This document shows positions 34,978-54,623 of a DNA stretch of 64,000 nucleotides, piece by piece. Made by a program: the position numbers and the translations under genes. Source of the stretch: Moniliella sp. 'wahieum' (lineage: Eukaryota); assembly GCA_003971905.1 (NCBI GenBank), contig RSEE01000016.1, positions 248,001 to 312,000 on the forward strand, read 5' to 3'. The notes under the pieces were generated by a model, which had not been told where the DNA came from, did not search any database, and saw only the letters and a list, made by a program, of their open reading frames with translations. The stretch's first letter is position 1. The number at the start of each line of letters is the position of its first letter.

Positions 34978-36972
34978 TTACTTCAGATGTGTCTGGAAAA
35001 AGTCCTTGACCAGGTACGCCGAACCAAGGTACGTCCGCGGCAGCTTGGGCTGAGTGTAATCGACACTCTGCAATCCAAACCGGGGCTCCTTGCCCACTTC
35101 CCACTCGACGTTGCAGGTAGCGGACCACAGCCAAGCACCCGAAATTTTGATCCATCAGTCTGGATGGACTCGAGTATCTGGTTGAGGTAGCCGTAATAGT
35201 ACGATTGCCGTCCTGCGTCCATAACCAACTGATGGAACGACGTCTTCTTTGCTTCGTCGCGTTCGGCCCAGCCAAATTCAGAAATGACAATCCCATTAGG
35301 GGTAGGCCAGCGCTTGCTAAGGTACTGCAAGTGGGACCGCAGCGCCCGGGGTGGAGGAGAGCCAGGATCCAACCGTGTCGTCCGGGTACTCCTCTGCGAT
35401 GGGCCAACCATCGGACAGTGTGTAGTTGCCCCGGTTGCACTCAGGCCAACTTGGATGATCCACATTGCCAAAGCAGCTGTCCGCTTTGGATTTGGGCATG
35501 GAGCGGATAATGGAGCTAGAATAATAGTCCGTACCATAAAAGTCGCCCGAGTTTTTGAGCCGCTGCTTCTTGGTCCGTCAAGGCTGGCAACCAGGCCGAT
35601 GGAACCTCCTTCTTGACTATATCCGGATAGTCGTGCGAAGCAGAGTGGATGGGATCGCTGAACAGTCCCAAGCCAAAGTCCAAATCCCGCTCCACGGCAT
35701 CGACATCGCGTTGGTTGTTCTGGTCCCAGGGAAAGTTGAGGCTGCCACTGTTCTTGAAGGACAGCAAGGCCGACTTGGAGACCGTCCCGGTTTTTTGGTA
35801 TTTGCGGAATAATTCGTTCATCCGTCCGTGGGCTTTGATCGTCGTGGCCGAGCACGTCCACCGCGTGGATTGGGGGGCTGAATCGTACCCATAGATGCCG
35901 GTAAGCACAAGGAGGTAGCGAATGCCGCAATGGACTTGTGGCTCATTGTGAGAGACCCAATGCTAAAAAGAGGTGATGTGAAATGTCAGATGTAGTCAAT
36001 AAGGCGGAACGGGAGATGCACAGGTGGGGGTGGGGCATGGAGGAAGAGAATCAAAAACATACTTTGACCCCCATTGGACCCAATGCTTTGAGCATCACAT
36101 CTGCGTACTCGGCGAATGCATCAGCATACGTGAGGTTTGCATTCCATTTTCTGCAATCTGTAGGTAGAGTGGAAGGTCCCAATGCTGGAGCGTGACGGCA
36201 GCTTCCATCCCGTTGTTGTGGATTTCAGTCACCAGGTCCTTGTAGAACTGCAGCCCCTGTTGCGACACGTATCCGCGGCCCAGCGGCATGACACGAGACC
36301 AAGAGACTGTGAACGAGTACAGCTTGGCACCCATTGTGGCAACCCGTTTAATGTCAAGTGGATACATGTACCGGAAATTGGTCGCCACATCAAACGTGTC
36401 GTTATCGCGCATGCCATTGGTGCGGTGCGCGTACCAGTCCCAGACTGAGGGTCCACGCCCATCAGCTTTCACCGCACCTTCGACCTGAGCACTGGCAGAT
36501 GCATACCCCCACAAGAAGTCGGATGGCAGAGTGACATTGTCCTGCGTTGTGCGATGAAAATCAACCTGGTATGGACGAGCACTGATGCCAGTCGAGAGCA
36601 TTCTGTACTCGTTTTTGGTGAAGTTGCGGTACTCGTACTCAATCGCGGCATGCTCGACTGGCTTGTACTTCTCCACTTGTGACCAGAGGTATTTGACACG
36701 CCCTTTGACTGCGGCCTCGTTGTTGTAATCGATGGGTTCAGCGCCAGAAGGGACCGTTCCACCAGCTTGGACGTTGGGATTGCTATTGGAGTTGCTGGTG
36801 GTGGTTTTGGCTGCATGCGGTGGGACAGCGTTGGGATGACGGGGACTCCTACGTCCCAAGACGCCCATGTGCCCCAAAGGGGACGCCGACGATGCTGAGG
36901 CACCTGTGGCTCGTGCAAAAGAGTGATGGCGGCTGTCATGCCAGCGGCCATGGCAGCAAGAGAGAGGCGCAT
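34978..36972 (-). CDS. Glycoside hydrolase family 1 beta-glucosidase, probably secreted or cell-bound
   Basis: LPSDFLWGYASASAQVEGAVKADGRGPSVWD, YSFTVSWSRVMPLG, TLQHWDLP, acid/base motif HNEP (about 35940), nucleophile motif ISEFG; hydrophobic N-terminus MRLSLAAMAAGMTAAITL; intron near 35965-36060. Confidence 0.92.
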
Positions 36973-37716
36973 GGTGGGGAAGGAGCGGCGGTGGCGCGGG
37001 CTGCGTGTGCGATGGAGGAGATGAGAGGGTTGGGCTGCCTGGATGTGCACAGGGCAATCCGTCGGCCCGTAGGCCTTATTGTTGTACGTTGTTGAATGCC
37101 CACCGCCGTGTGGGGCCCTGGGCTAGGCTCGGCCGGCCCCCCACGCCGCGCCACACACACTGTCCCTACGCCTTGCTTGGCGTGTGTCTCCACCCACGCA
37201 GCAGGGCAGTGTGGATGTCTCGGCACAAGCGCGTCCGCTGGCCTGGTACCTGGGCGATCGTCGAGGTCGCCCGGTCGGTCATACTCCTAGGTCATCGGTT
37301 AGCGCTCAGCGCCAGCGCCCAGCGCTGAGCCAAGCAGAGCCCAGAGCTGCCGCGCGCCGAGCCACCTGTCAGGATTGCAGTACGGCCCGCTTTGGCCGCG
37401 TGGCGTAGCTCCAGAAGAGCCAGCTGGTTGTAGCCGCCTTTCGGGGCCTGGGCTGAGCTTCGAGCGTTTGCGACCACATGTATCTCCAGAGGAGCCATAT
37501 ATCGTCTTTCCGTGCTGTCTTTTAGCTGTCCACCTACAGCACTCCTGTCTTTCAGTGGGCAGGCAGTCCTGGTCGTCTTTTGATGCGAGGTTACAATCAG
37601 GTATCCCCCTGGCCAACCCCTATTAGGAAACAGTTGGCACAAGCCGACCAGATACTGGATCAACAGCTTTATCTAAAAGGAGCATATTCAATTCGGTGCC
37701 GTAGAGGCAGATATAT

Positions 37717-40721
<3,005 letters not shown>

Positions 40722-41060
40722 GGCGGAAGGGCAGATGCGGGTGGTGGAGGGGGCGACGGAAGGGAGACGAGCTCGGGCTGCCAGTCGTCGAGGGAGGCAG
40801 CAGCAAGCATGCCCGAGTCCCGTTTTAGCTCAGAAGCAGCCGCCTTGGTGCTTCGAGTCAGAACAGGTCAGAACCGGAACCCCCGCCACCCCCTTCCGCC
40901 CGTGGGCGGAATTCGAAAAATGATAACCGCTAACTGGTAGCGCTAACGGGTAACGCGTAGCGGGTAGCCCCCACGACAGGCCTGGCTTTTGTTTCGGTTC
41001 CGGGGCCTGCTGGTCGCTGCGTTTGCCTGCCACCGCCGCTCCCATTGCTTCGTCTGTGCC

Positions 41061-41428
41061 ATGGTACGCGCTATCACTGCTTTGGCTCTCGGTTCTCTTC
41101 CCTAACTCTTTCTGACGATGCCCATTCCCCCCACCCCTCTAGATTATTCCTGTGCGCTGCTTCTCTTGCGGGAAGGTCGTGGGCGACAAGTGGGACCTGT
41201 TCATGGGCATGATCAACGTCGACATTGAGGAGGGCCAAGCCCTGACCGAGCTCGGTCTCAAACGCTACTGTTGTCGCCGCATGGTTCGACTCACGTCGAT
41301 TTGATCGAGAAGCTACTGCACTACAACAGTACGTCCGTGTTTGCTTGCCATCGCAAGCACCTTCAGCCTTATCCTGCTACTACTAATAGTCTATGCCCCC
41401 AGTCCACGACCGGTCCCAGGACGAGTAA
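41061..41428 (+). CDS. RPB10: RNA polymerase I/II/III shared subunit RPABC5
   Basis: ATG, intron 41064-41142, then [17 protein letters not shown]...[24 protein letters not shown]; second intron from about 41329; exact stop uncertain. Confidence 0.95.
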
Positions 41429-42294
41429 TCAATCCGCTGCTCCTCACCAAAACGTGTACCATATCCTTATTGTACCCTTTCCCCAAAATGCACGTGGCTT
41501 ACTTAGTGTTCAACATTGTGCCAGTGCACCGCGTGCTGTGCGTGCACGTATGATTACTAGGATAGCCGTATGGACGCGCTTCTGAGGTCATGGGAAGGCA
41601 ATCTCCCTTATGTCAAGGCAACTTTCCTTACCGCAACGGGAAGATCGAAAAGTCGAGGGAGAGGTATAACCTCTCCAGGCCGGAGGGAGGAGAAGGGCAT
41701 GTGGAGGCAGCAACTTCCTACCCCACGCGGCAATAGCGGTCACTACTCCATTTTTCACATGGGAGCCTGAGAGATGACAGCAGCACGAACCCGGAGGGGT
41801 GGTGCTAGGTGCCATGCCTTGGTCGCCTCCTGACCCACCCATATCGGAAGGGGCGTGAAAAGAACAAGTGGGCTGGCTGTGGGCTGGGCGAGCTTGACTG
41901 CGACCCCCACGAGCCAGTCCCTGAGAGTAAGGATGAGAAGGATTAACTGCGTGGTGGTGGTGGGCTGGAAAAGCCCAATGACTCTGTGATCCCATCCCCC
42001 CCCTTCCTCCCTTTAAAGCCCTTGTCCAGTTGAGCAGCGCTTACGATGTCACACATAGGCCCTCTACATTTCAATATTCATCCAATCCACTTTTCTGCGC
42101 GCAGCCTAGCAGCGCGCTGCATGCCGGGACAGTGGCCCTGTGCTGTTGTTGGGCGGAATGGAGCGGAATAAGAGAGGGGTGGGGTTAGTAATTGTTAGAC
42201 AGCCCTTGAGGCTGCCATGCTGGGAGCGGACGCAGGCAATGGGCTCGGGACCTACAGCTGGGACACGGGCAGCGCACCACCACCAGCTTTGACG

Positions 42295-42574
42295 ATGCCC
42301 AGCCCGTCGTCCCCCGCGTTGGCCAAGTTGGCCATTCGCTCTAACGGAAATGCTCTCAACGTGCCCCGTGTGAACCCCTGGATCTTGCGTACGAAGGCGA
42401 TCGGCGTGTCGCTGTGTTTGCCAGCTTCGCGGGCGCTGTCGTCTACAAGATCGCAACCCGCCCGTATGTCGGTTTCTGCACATCTACCTACCCCTCTGGA
42501 TCTACTGACCAAGCATGTATCTTTACAGCAAGAAGGAGGAGCCTTGGGTCCGGGTTAGGTCCTACGGCTTTTAG
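42295..42574 (+). CDS. Small (about 72 aa) single-pass membrane protein, unknown
   Basis: MPSPSSPALAKLAIRSNGNALNVPRVNPWILRTKAIGVSLxFASFAGAVVYKIATRP, intron 42464-42528 (GTATGT..CTGAC..CAG), then KKEEPWVRVRSYGF-stop; needs one indel correction. Confidence 0.55.
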
Positions 42575-43203
42575 GCGGGACACCAGATGCAGCCAGCTTC
42601 CTAGCAGGGCCGCGCTCCACTGTCAAATCAAAGACTGCTGGGGGAGGAGCCGCCAAGGCTTGTCTTCTGCAAGGCAATGACAGTCGTGAATGTTGTTCTA
42701 TGCATCGCACATCTCCATTCTCTAGACCACGAGGTGTAATAGACACGTCGCTGAGGCGCAGCCTTTCGTCCTTTCGATGTACGTGAGCATGGGAGGGTGC
42801 GGATAGGTCATGTGACTTGGTGTCAATTTGAACGGAACATGGGCACGCGAAGCAGACGTCCGAAGTGCAAACCACCAACTTCGCTTCTCACGCTTCCCCT
42901 TCTCAAGTGTCCCTTGTTCTCTTGCGCCCAAAATACCAATGAAGGGGCCTGCTCCGCCTACACGGTCGGCCGGCACGCCGTCGATCAAGAATGCCCCACC
43001 CATGAAGAGTCGCCCTGCCTTGCGCAGCAACTATAAACCCCTCCCCCCCGCCCGCCTCCCTGGCTCTATTACGCAAAGATCTTCGCAGTCTCGACCGCCA
43101 TCACCACTGTCGCTGCAGGGCTGATCTTTACGGCAAACGAACGCAAGGTAAGCCTGCTCCATGGGGTAATATTCTGTGGCTAACGTCTCTTTCCAGTTGC
43201 AAG

Positions 43204-43507
43204 ATGTCCCAGCAACAAGAGGAACTGCTACAGCCGACTGCCCCGGAACCCGCTCCTACGCGCACGACAGCCCATGCCCCCAACATCCTCTCGTCTGCTA
43301 TGGCTAAAGACGAACCGCCGCGCAAAGTTGGTTTGGTGGGGGCGCACCCCCTCTCCCGGGCCTGCCCAAAAGAGTTCCGAAACCACGCCTGAGATACCGA
43401 CGACAACCGCTGCGCTTTCAGCGCCTGACGTGACCGGGGTGCCTACTGAACGAGATGCCGAACCTAATCGAACCAGTCGGTGGAGTTGGCTGCCATGGAA
43501 AAAGTGA
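43204..43507 (+). CDS. Small (about 100 aa) disordered hypothetical protein
   Basis: TATAAA at about 43032; 5' UTR intron 43148-43196 (GTAAGC..CTAAC..CAG); ATG 43204; two ORF pieces join across a frameshift and end RWSWLPWKK. Confidence 0.5.
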
Positions 43508-43736
43508 GGCCTACTTCTAGCAAGAACGCCATGGCTTTGTCTCTGCAACGTGCTTATTCGCTTGGCTGCTTATACACCCTTTCACTCATACATGTGCATT
43601 GATTGAGAAACACTTTTGGGGAGAACTAACCAAAACTCAGATGCAAGAGAAAAGGCTAGTGGGATAATTAGGATGAGGGTGTGTGGATGTGACATAGGAC
43701 GTGCTTGAGCTTGCATGTCCTAAGCGAACGAATAGA

Positions 43737-44850
<1,114 letters not shown>

Positions 44851-45075
44851 TCACAGTCATATCACCACTGCGTGCATCACATCACACCTCTCAGTATTTC
44901 CTCGGCGGCATCCTTGACAGCTTGATGAACGCGACGAACACAGTACACATTTTTTTCATCGCTGCCGCGAGAGCTAACTTCCTTGTTCTACCTCCTAATA
45001 TAGAGTGAGAGCGTGCTCGTGACACACAGAGTTACAACCACAAGAACGCATGTATGCAAAGTGCGGGAAACCACA

Positions 45076-46707
45076 TTACTCGATGTCGTGTTGCTGGATC
45101 ACATCATCAATCTTGAGCACAGCGCGGACGAGCTGGGTGGCCAGCAGCAGCTGCTGTCGCTTAGACACCAGCGGGTCCCACACATACGCTTTCTTCATGT
45201 CGCCCGCCCCATCCGCCGAGGTGCCCATGCAGTCGATCCCCAATCGCGGGTTGGACTCGAGCGCTTGCCTGCTCTTCGCCGCCGCCAGGCTCTCGATTGG
45301 GCTCAAGCCACTGTTGGCCGCCAGAGCGAGAGGGGTGGCATCCAGTGCCTGGCTGAAGGCACGGATGGCATACTGTTCCACAGATGGCTCCTTATCCGCC
45401 ACAGCGCTCACTGCAAGCCCAGCGGAAATCTCGGCCGCACCACCGCCATAGACCACGCGGTTGTCTCGCACCAACGAACGGACGACACTCATGGCATCGT
45501 GCAGGGAGCGGCGCCTCATCGACAATCATCTTGTTGCTCCCGCGGACAAAAACAGTCACCGCGCGCGCATTGGCGCACTCCTCAACCACAAGCATCTTGT
45601 CCCGCGTCGTGCCAAAGCCCACCTGGCGCACCACGCCAGCCCGTCCTAACTTGGCGGGGGCTAGGTCCTCGAATCGAGGAACAATCCGACCCCCCGTCGC
45701 GATCGCAACAAGCTCCATCTCAGGTCCACCAACCCATCGGACGGCGGGGAGATTGTGTTGGAGCAGCAGGTGGTTCGCTTCGTCATCAAAGCCCCACTGG
45801 CACACGACCAGGTTGGCTCCCGCATCTTTGACTTGCTGGATCATCTTTTCGAACGTCTCCCGTTCGTACGTCTCAAGCTTACGGTACTCTTCAACGGTCG
45901 TAATGTCGAGCTTGTGCTTCGTCTTGGGACGGGGTGGCTCGAAGGGGCACGTGAGGATCGCAATCCGGGCATCATGAACTGCCCGGGGCATTTGCGGGTG
46001 GCTAAAGTCCTTGTCGAGTACCACGCCATGCACCAATGTGGTGTCATCGAGGGAGCCTCCGACCTTGCCGTCGACCTTGATCAGCTCGAAGTCCACATCC
46101 CGCCGCTCCAAGTCAGCAACAGAAAGAACTGCATCAACAGCAATCTGAGCAAACTTGTCGCTTGACTTGTTTACAATCTTGGATCCCAGCGACGTCTTGG
46201 CTACCTTGAGTAGCTCGCTCGTGTTCTCACGGCTAAAGGGGATCGTGTCGGCAACTTTCTCCAGCTCAGCCACCGCGATCTCGCAGGCACGGTCGTAGCC
46301 ATCTGCAATGCGGATGGGGTGAATGCCTTGTCAATCAAGGCCTCCGCCTGCTCGAGAAGAGCCCCCGCCAAGACGACGACGCCCGTCGTACCATCGCCGA
46401 TTTCGTCGTCTTGGGCCTTAGAAAGCTCAACAAGTAGCTTGGCCACCGGATGCTCGAGCTCCATGTTGTTCATGATCGTGGCGCCATCGTTGGTGACTTG
46501 GATGTCGCCATCGGGGCCGATGAGAATCTTATCCAACCCACGCGGGCCGAGGGAGGTCTTGACAATGTTGGCAACCGTCTTGGCAGCGGCGATGTGAGCC
46601 TTGATCGCCTCAACACCATGGGCACGTGTCTTCTTGCCTTGCTCACGCACGACAATAAACGGACGCCCGTATTCGTCCTGAGCGTATGCCACCTGCGGCT
46701 CAGCCAT
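45076..46707 (-). CDS. CCT5: T-complex protein 1 subunit epsilon
   Basis: [77 protein letters not shown]. Confidence 0.98.
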
Positions 46708-47391
46708 GATTGACGTGGTGGTGGCGAAGAGGGGGGGGTGGTGGGAGAAGGAGGAGAAAAGACGAATTGGACACGACGCGCTGCCGCGCTACCAGTGGTG
46801 CACCGCAGGCTCGCGCCCTGCTGGTGGGCGGAACGCTTCGGCTTGCTTCTTCCCGCCCGCATGCATTAGCATAGCATGCCCCCACTGCCCCGGCGCCCGG
46901 CATCCGAGGGAGCACAAGACCAGTGTACGCCGTCTTCAATGTTCAATTCCCAGCCACAGGACATTTGGCGCAGGCCGCTTCTGCTCCTTCAGACAGGGGC
47001 CCGGGCCACCCCAGGCAAGCCCCCGCCGCTTCCTTTCCCCAACACCCAGTCCATCCAAGCACCTCACGTTTTACGCTTTTCCCACAAGTTGTACAAACGC
47101 CAAGTGGAACGTTGGATAGGGCATCGAGCATGGCGGCGCTCACAACTATCGACCTAACAATTGCCTGCCAATAACGCGTACGAAAGAAAGACGAACACAA
47201 CTCCTCGCAACAAGAAAGTCCCACATGCATGCAATGCGACAGGCGATGGCCACATGTAGGAAGGTACGAGGCGGGATTTATGGTGGACAAGGATGACAAT
47301 AACACCAGTTGGAGCACAGATGTTGTTGGCGATTCGATGCCCCGGTAGCAAGGGCAGGGAGACCGAAGGGTGGCGCAGATTGTGTTCACAT

Positions 47392-48331
47392 TTACTTGTA
47401 AACCTTGCCAAATAGCACTTCCTGGAGCTTGTCGTAGCCCGAAAGCACACCAGCACCGGCCACACCACGAAGAATGTTGGCACCAGCACCCTTGAAGAGC
47501 GACTTGACGCCCTCCTTGGCGACAATCTGGCGACCGGCGTCGAACATGCCGTTGTAGTGGGTCTTGCCGCCCGAGGTCATCATCATGCGACGGCGGATCG
47601 TGTCCAGAGGGTACGACGCAATGCCGGCACCGGTGGTCACCACCCAGCCGAGAAGGAAGGAGGCAAGGAACGAACCCTCAAGAGGGCCAGTGATAATAAC
47701 AGGCTTGACCGAGTCGTACACACCGAAGTAGAGACCACGGTAGACCACAATACCGACAACCGAGGGGATAAAGCCACGGTACAGACCAGCGACACCGTCC
47801 GAGGCAATCGTCTTGCGGTAGACGTCAATGAGGCCGTTGAACTGGCGCTCACCACCCTTGCCGGCCGACTTGGCGTCGTTGGCAAGACGGGTACGGGCGT
47901 AGTCGAGGGGAGTAGACAAAGAGAAGCGACGAGGCACCGGCGGCACCACCCGAGGCAATGTTGGCGCTGAGCTTCTTGACGTAGGGAGCATCCTTGGGCA
48001 CCTTGAACAGGGCCTTGAAGTAGTCCTTGAAGGCAAAGTTGAGAGCCTGGGTGGGGAAGTAGCGGATAACGTTGGCCGTGTTGCCGCGCCAGAAGGAGAC
48101 AAGGCCTTCCGACTTGTAGGTGCGGGTAAAGGTGTCGCCGAGACCGCTGTAGGGGCGGTCGAGACGGCCCTGCTTGATCATCTCATCCTGGTTCTGGATG
48201 AGGAGCTTGACACGCTCAATGGGGGCAGCCGCCGTCTTGGAGACAGCGGCCGAGATGCCACCCATCATGAAGTCGGTGAAGAACGACGACGCCGTCTTGG
48301 GCTTCTGCGCAGGGTCGACAACGGCACCCAT
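47392..48331 (-). CDS. AAC: Mitochondrial ADP/ATP carrier
   Basis: [55 protein letters not shown], signature RRRMMM. Confidence 0.98.
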
Positions 48332-48899
48332 GGTGGAAATGGAGAGGTGGTGGTGAGAAGAAAAAGATGCCGCAGCGCCGCAGTTCAGCTGGTAGATAGC
48401 AAGAATCCAGGCGATACAGGCGCTGTGCCGGACAGGGGCTGGGTGGGTGGGTGGCACGGGGGCAGTAGGTTTAGGAGCATGCGGTACTGGCTGGCGCCGT
48501 GCCGGCAGGCTGTCTGCTGTTGCTGCTGTGCTGTCCAAAGGTTTTGAAATCGGCTTCGCCTTTGGAATCGAAGATCCAACCAGGCCCGGCAGTGGCCCGG
48601 CCGGTCCAGCTGGTCCGGCTGGTCCGGCCTAGCTTTCGCCGGCTATGACGCGTGACGCGATGACGTTTGCATATAGGTAAGCGGAGCTATGCACGACCAT
48701 CTATGTGCGCTGGAGCCCGCAAGCACACCAGAAGGAGGGACTGCTGTGCGATTCGCTGCTCCGAAAACAATCCATGGCGGTTTCCTGAGGATCGTTCTGC
48801 TCGGCCGTGTTCCATTCCTCGGGCAACAACCGCCATGCAGTCGGAGAAAGTCTATGGTGGCGGTTGCACGCATCCATCTTCCATCACAGGGATCATTGT

Positions 48900-50554
48900 G
48901 GGAGCCAACAGGAGTAGAGAGGCACTCCATATAGTAGAGGGAAAAAAGAAACACATAAACTAAGGCCAATAACCGCACAGAATCGTCGTCACAAAGTCGG
49001 AGAACGGAGGACAAGGACAGGCTATCCATCAGTACCGTGCAGCGCACTGACCTTTGCGTCCAGAACCAAAAGATTCAGCACGGAAAACAACACGAATAGA
49101 TAACCCAGCCAGCGCCACCACCACCGCGGAGACGTCCAGGGCGCTTTCCTGGTCTCAGCTTGGTCCCTTTCCGGTTGGCCTTCGATGGTATCCAACGCCG
49201 CCGATGTGGGTGGAGAGCAATGCTGAGTGGACAAGACCAACGGCGACCTGAATTGCACATGATAGCTCTCGCCCGTCTCTTGGAGGAAGGCTGATGGAGG
49301 CAGGACGTCCTACCACAGCTGTTTCCTCCTTCGGATTTAATTCGAAGGATGTACCTCCTGTAGTGCTTGGAGGAATGGCTTCTCCCTCTCGCCATTACTT
49401 CTTTGAAGGACCAATACGGAGCCCATTTGCCTCGGCTGAATCTGGGAATCTTTCTCTTCGTTGGTGCGATAAAGAACTGTACTATTAATCGGAAGGGACG
49501 CCTCGTCTGAAATTGGGATCTCAGCACGGTCAGAAGGCACAGGCCGAGTGGTTGGGGAGGAATGTTTGGTGGTCGGGCCATCCTCCATTGGCCAACACGA
49601 TCGTGCCCCCCTTCCGCAGCGATGCCCCCACTGCGTGTGCCACAGCGATCGCCAATCAACTTGGAAAGTGATGGAAGAGGAGGGACTTGGTTCCAAGATG
49701 ATTGACTTCCTGAGACGGGCAGCCGCTTGCGGCGCTTAGAACGACTACTCGGAAGGGATGCGATGCTGTTGTGCCGGATGGATGAATGTGCAAAGGCCCA
49801 CTTATTCTTCCAGCACTAGACACGGATTGGCGGGCTCCATGGCTCTGCCCCAACTGATGGGAGAGGAGAACTGGAGCAAGTTGGGGATATGGCTGAGCCA
49901 AAGAGAGTCGAGCCGAGCACATCAGGGTAAGGTAAACTTTGACCTGTTGCAGGACTCTCGCAAAGGTTGGTAGAGCCAGCGGGGATTGTGAGTGCTGCAG
50001 GCTTATGGCGCCGGGGGGGCGATTCAAAATCGCCCACGTTATGGGCACTGTCGGTATTGAGCATAGTGTCAGGTAAAGGATGAATAGAAAGGGTGGATGT
50101 CGGACGAGTATGTTGGCTGGAGGTGACCGAAATGTAGCTCAAGTGGGCCTGAGGCTCATGATCCGCATTCCTTCCCCAGTTCTGTCAATTCTGGGGCGAC
50201 CATACCGCGCTCCATGAAGTTATGATACTGGGAGAGGGACAGGTGGCCCTCTGCACCAGGAAAAACCACACCGGAATTGCAGGATTGGGTATAACCGAGG
50301 GCAGGAAGGACATGGCCAAAATGGAAGATGACGATGGGGAGGCCAGCCACTCTTCCCCAGCATCGTCGGTGCTGGCGGTTAGCCTTCTGTCGGTCTCTTG
50401 GCTGTAGACAGACGTGGGTGTTGGCATAGAGTCGGGAGGAAGAAGGATAGATGGAAGAGGATGAAATGATATTGGATACTCGTTCTTTGGATGAACATCG
50501 TGACGGAGACCCCGACCCGCAGTTCTCAATAAGCACCGGAGGTGCCGTGGTCAT
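48900..50554 (-). CDS. Hypothetical Ser/Pro-rich protein with C-terminal hydrophobic segments
   Basis: Chain of overlapping minus ORF fragments, S/P/T-rich, ending WWWRWLGYLFVLFSVLNLLVL and LLALVYVFLFSLYY; no family motif; boundaries uncertain. Confidence 0.4.
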
Positions 50555-51156
50555 GTTCCTTGTTGTCCTATATTGTGCCTGCCAAAGCGACTAAAACTAT
50601 ATACGATAGCGTTCCCCCTGTCCCAGCCTTAAGCTCTGCCAATGAAATGGACGTGATCGAGAAAGGGACAGAGCACAGGTTTGAAGTTGAATGGCAAAGT
50701 TTTCGAAAAGCAGTTGGGTTTTCCTGTTGCGCTCCGGACCCTCCGACGGAGAGTATTCAATGCGGTTTTCCTTGCACCAAGGGCTAGTGGCGTTGCTATG
50801 GGGAATACCGCGTGAGGATGACCGGTGAACGTTGAACGTTCAACGTTGAACGTTGAACAGGGATCGTGCGATTCGCGACCAATGATCGAAATGATCGGTC
50901 GACCAGAAGCGTTCCGCTCGCAGTACAAGCTGGGCGCTTTTCTTGTTCTTAGCGCTTCCGGCATCGCCGTGTGACATGGGCATCACATGTAACGCGTAAC
51001 AACATTGCAAAACAAATGTTGCACTCCCGACGGGATGAGGGTCTGTATGCCGATGATCGCTCGATGAGCACAGCTGGAGACTAGCTCGCTCGCTTGTGCC
51101 CGCGTTGAGCTCGCCATTGTCCACAAACCACCACGACCACCGAGAGCCACCTGAGG

Positions 51157-52282
51157 ATGAAAGCGTATGCAATCCACGCGTAGCTTTCGTTGAAGGACCT
51201 AGCATGGCCCCATCCGTATGGATGGTCATTTCTCCAGGGGCAGTCAACGGCGGATGAAAAATGTCCCATCAACCCAGTTTCCGCGAGCAACCAAGACCGG
51301 CGTGCAACGGGCCACGAGTCCACAAGTCCGCAAGTCCGGAAGTACACAAGTCCAGACCATATTGCATGTTCTCGCCAGGATGAAACCAGCAGAGGGAGGT
51401 TCACGTCGATACGATTGCTCTCATGCATCGCAGGTCTAGGATGAATGGTTGGGAGACATGGGGGTGCAGATGCGCCACTTCTTCGGCGGAGTGCTTGGCA
51501 AAGACGCCACTGGGTGTATTTATGGCCACCCATATGGCCGCAAGCTGGCACCACGGTCCCTGGGGATCGCGATGGTCCTCGAGGGAGGTGCAATCGCACA
51601 TTTGGAGGTGGTTGTGTTCTAAGCCAATAGCAGCACCTGCCGAGAGGAACACCCAGCAGGAAGTCGCCATCGGGTCTGGCTGCAGAACTGGGAAGACGGA
51701 AACGAGAAAACAATGGAGCTTCCAGGCCTGAAGACCGACTGAAGGGATCTTGGCCAACCGCACGAGCCACCCGGCACGCATTCGTGGTAGATGCCTATCC
51801 TTCTCGCTTATTTGGCGGTGAGAGAGGAAGTGGTGTGCGTGTGCCATCTCTACGGCCTGCTGGGACACCAGTTGTCATGCCGCGTAAGTGTGACTATCAT
51901 GCGCCTAACTTCCACCATATCCTCATGCCCACCTGATACGCTCCCAATCCACCAAGGTACGTCGAATATCTCTGGCCAAGCACTTCTGGTCGGGGATGGT
52001 CAAAAACGTACTATATCACAGCTATGTGTATCTGATCGAAAACCGTCTTTCATTCTTAAGTAGAGACTGGAAACTCTGGGAACAACAAACGCTGTCGGAA
52101 ACGATGGAGAATGGAGGTTGCCCCTCCTTCCACTGCGAAAGGGGGTGCGAATCAGGGTATTCGGAGATGTCGACTTTGCGGCGGATGAGATTATTGCCTT
52201 GGTGAAGCTGGGAGACATGACCCCGCTGTGGGAGATGGTACGGGGGGACATGGACCTCTCTACTCGAGTCAATGGACATTGA
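51157..52282 (+). CDS. Hypothetical protein (fragmented)
   Basis: Protein-like + fragments such as RRHWVYLWPPIWPQ and WRLPLLPLRKGVRIRVFGDVDFAADEIIALVKLGDMTPLWEMV; GTAAGT (about 51883) and GTACGT (about 51957) donor-like sites; model not resolved. Confidence 0.35.
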
Positions 52283-52544
52283 GACTATACAGCTGAAACG
52301 CCAGATCCGTTTAAAGAAAGCGGGGCTAAACACAGCACGTCAGGATTGTACACGCGGCGCACAAGCGCCACGAATCGATTACGGTCACGAGGTGTGGGCA
52401 TCGATGCGGTAGCCAGGGAAGAAATCTCGGCCGGAGAAAGGAACGTTTCAGCAGAGCGAAACGTATTTTAAGAGAGGATCAGGGTGGATGAAAAACATGG
52501 GGTAACAAGAAGCAAGAGAAAGGGTCAAAGTAGGGACGACAGGT

Positions 52545-54623
<2,079 letters not shown>

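Noticed and set aside
23678..36972. Co-regulated cluster (membrane protein, Zn2Cys6 TF, GH1)
   Set aside because: No backbone enzyme or transporter, and unrelated genes intervene; adjacency alone is not evidence.
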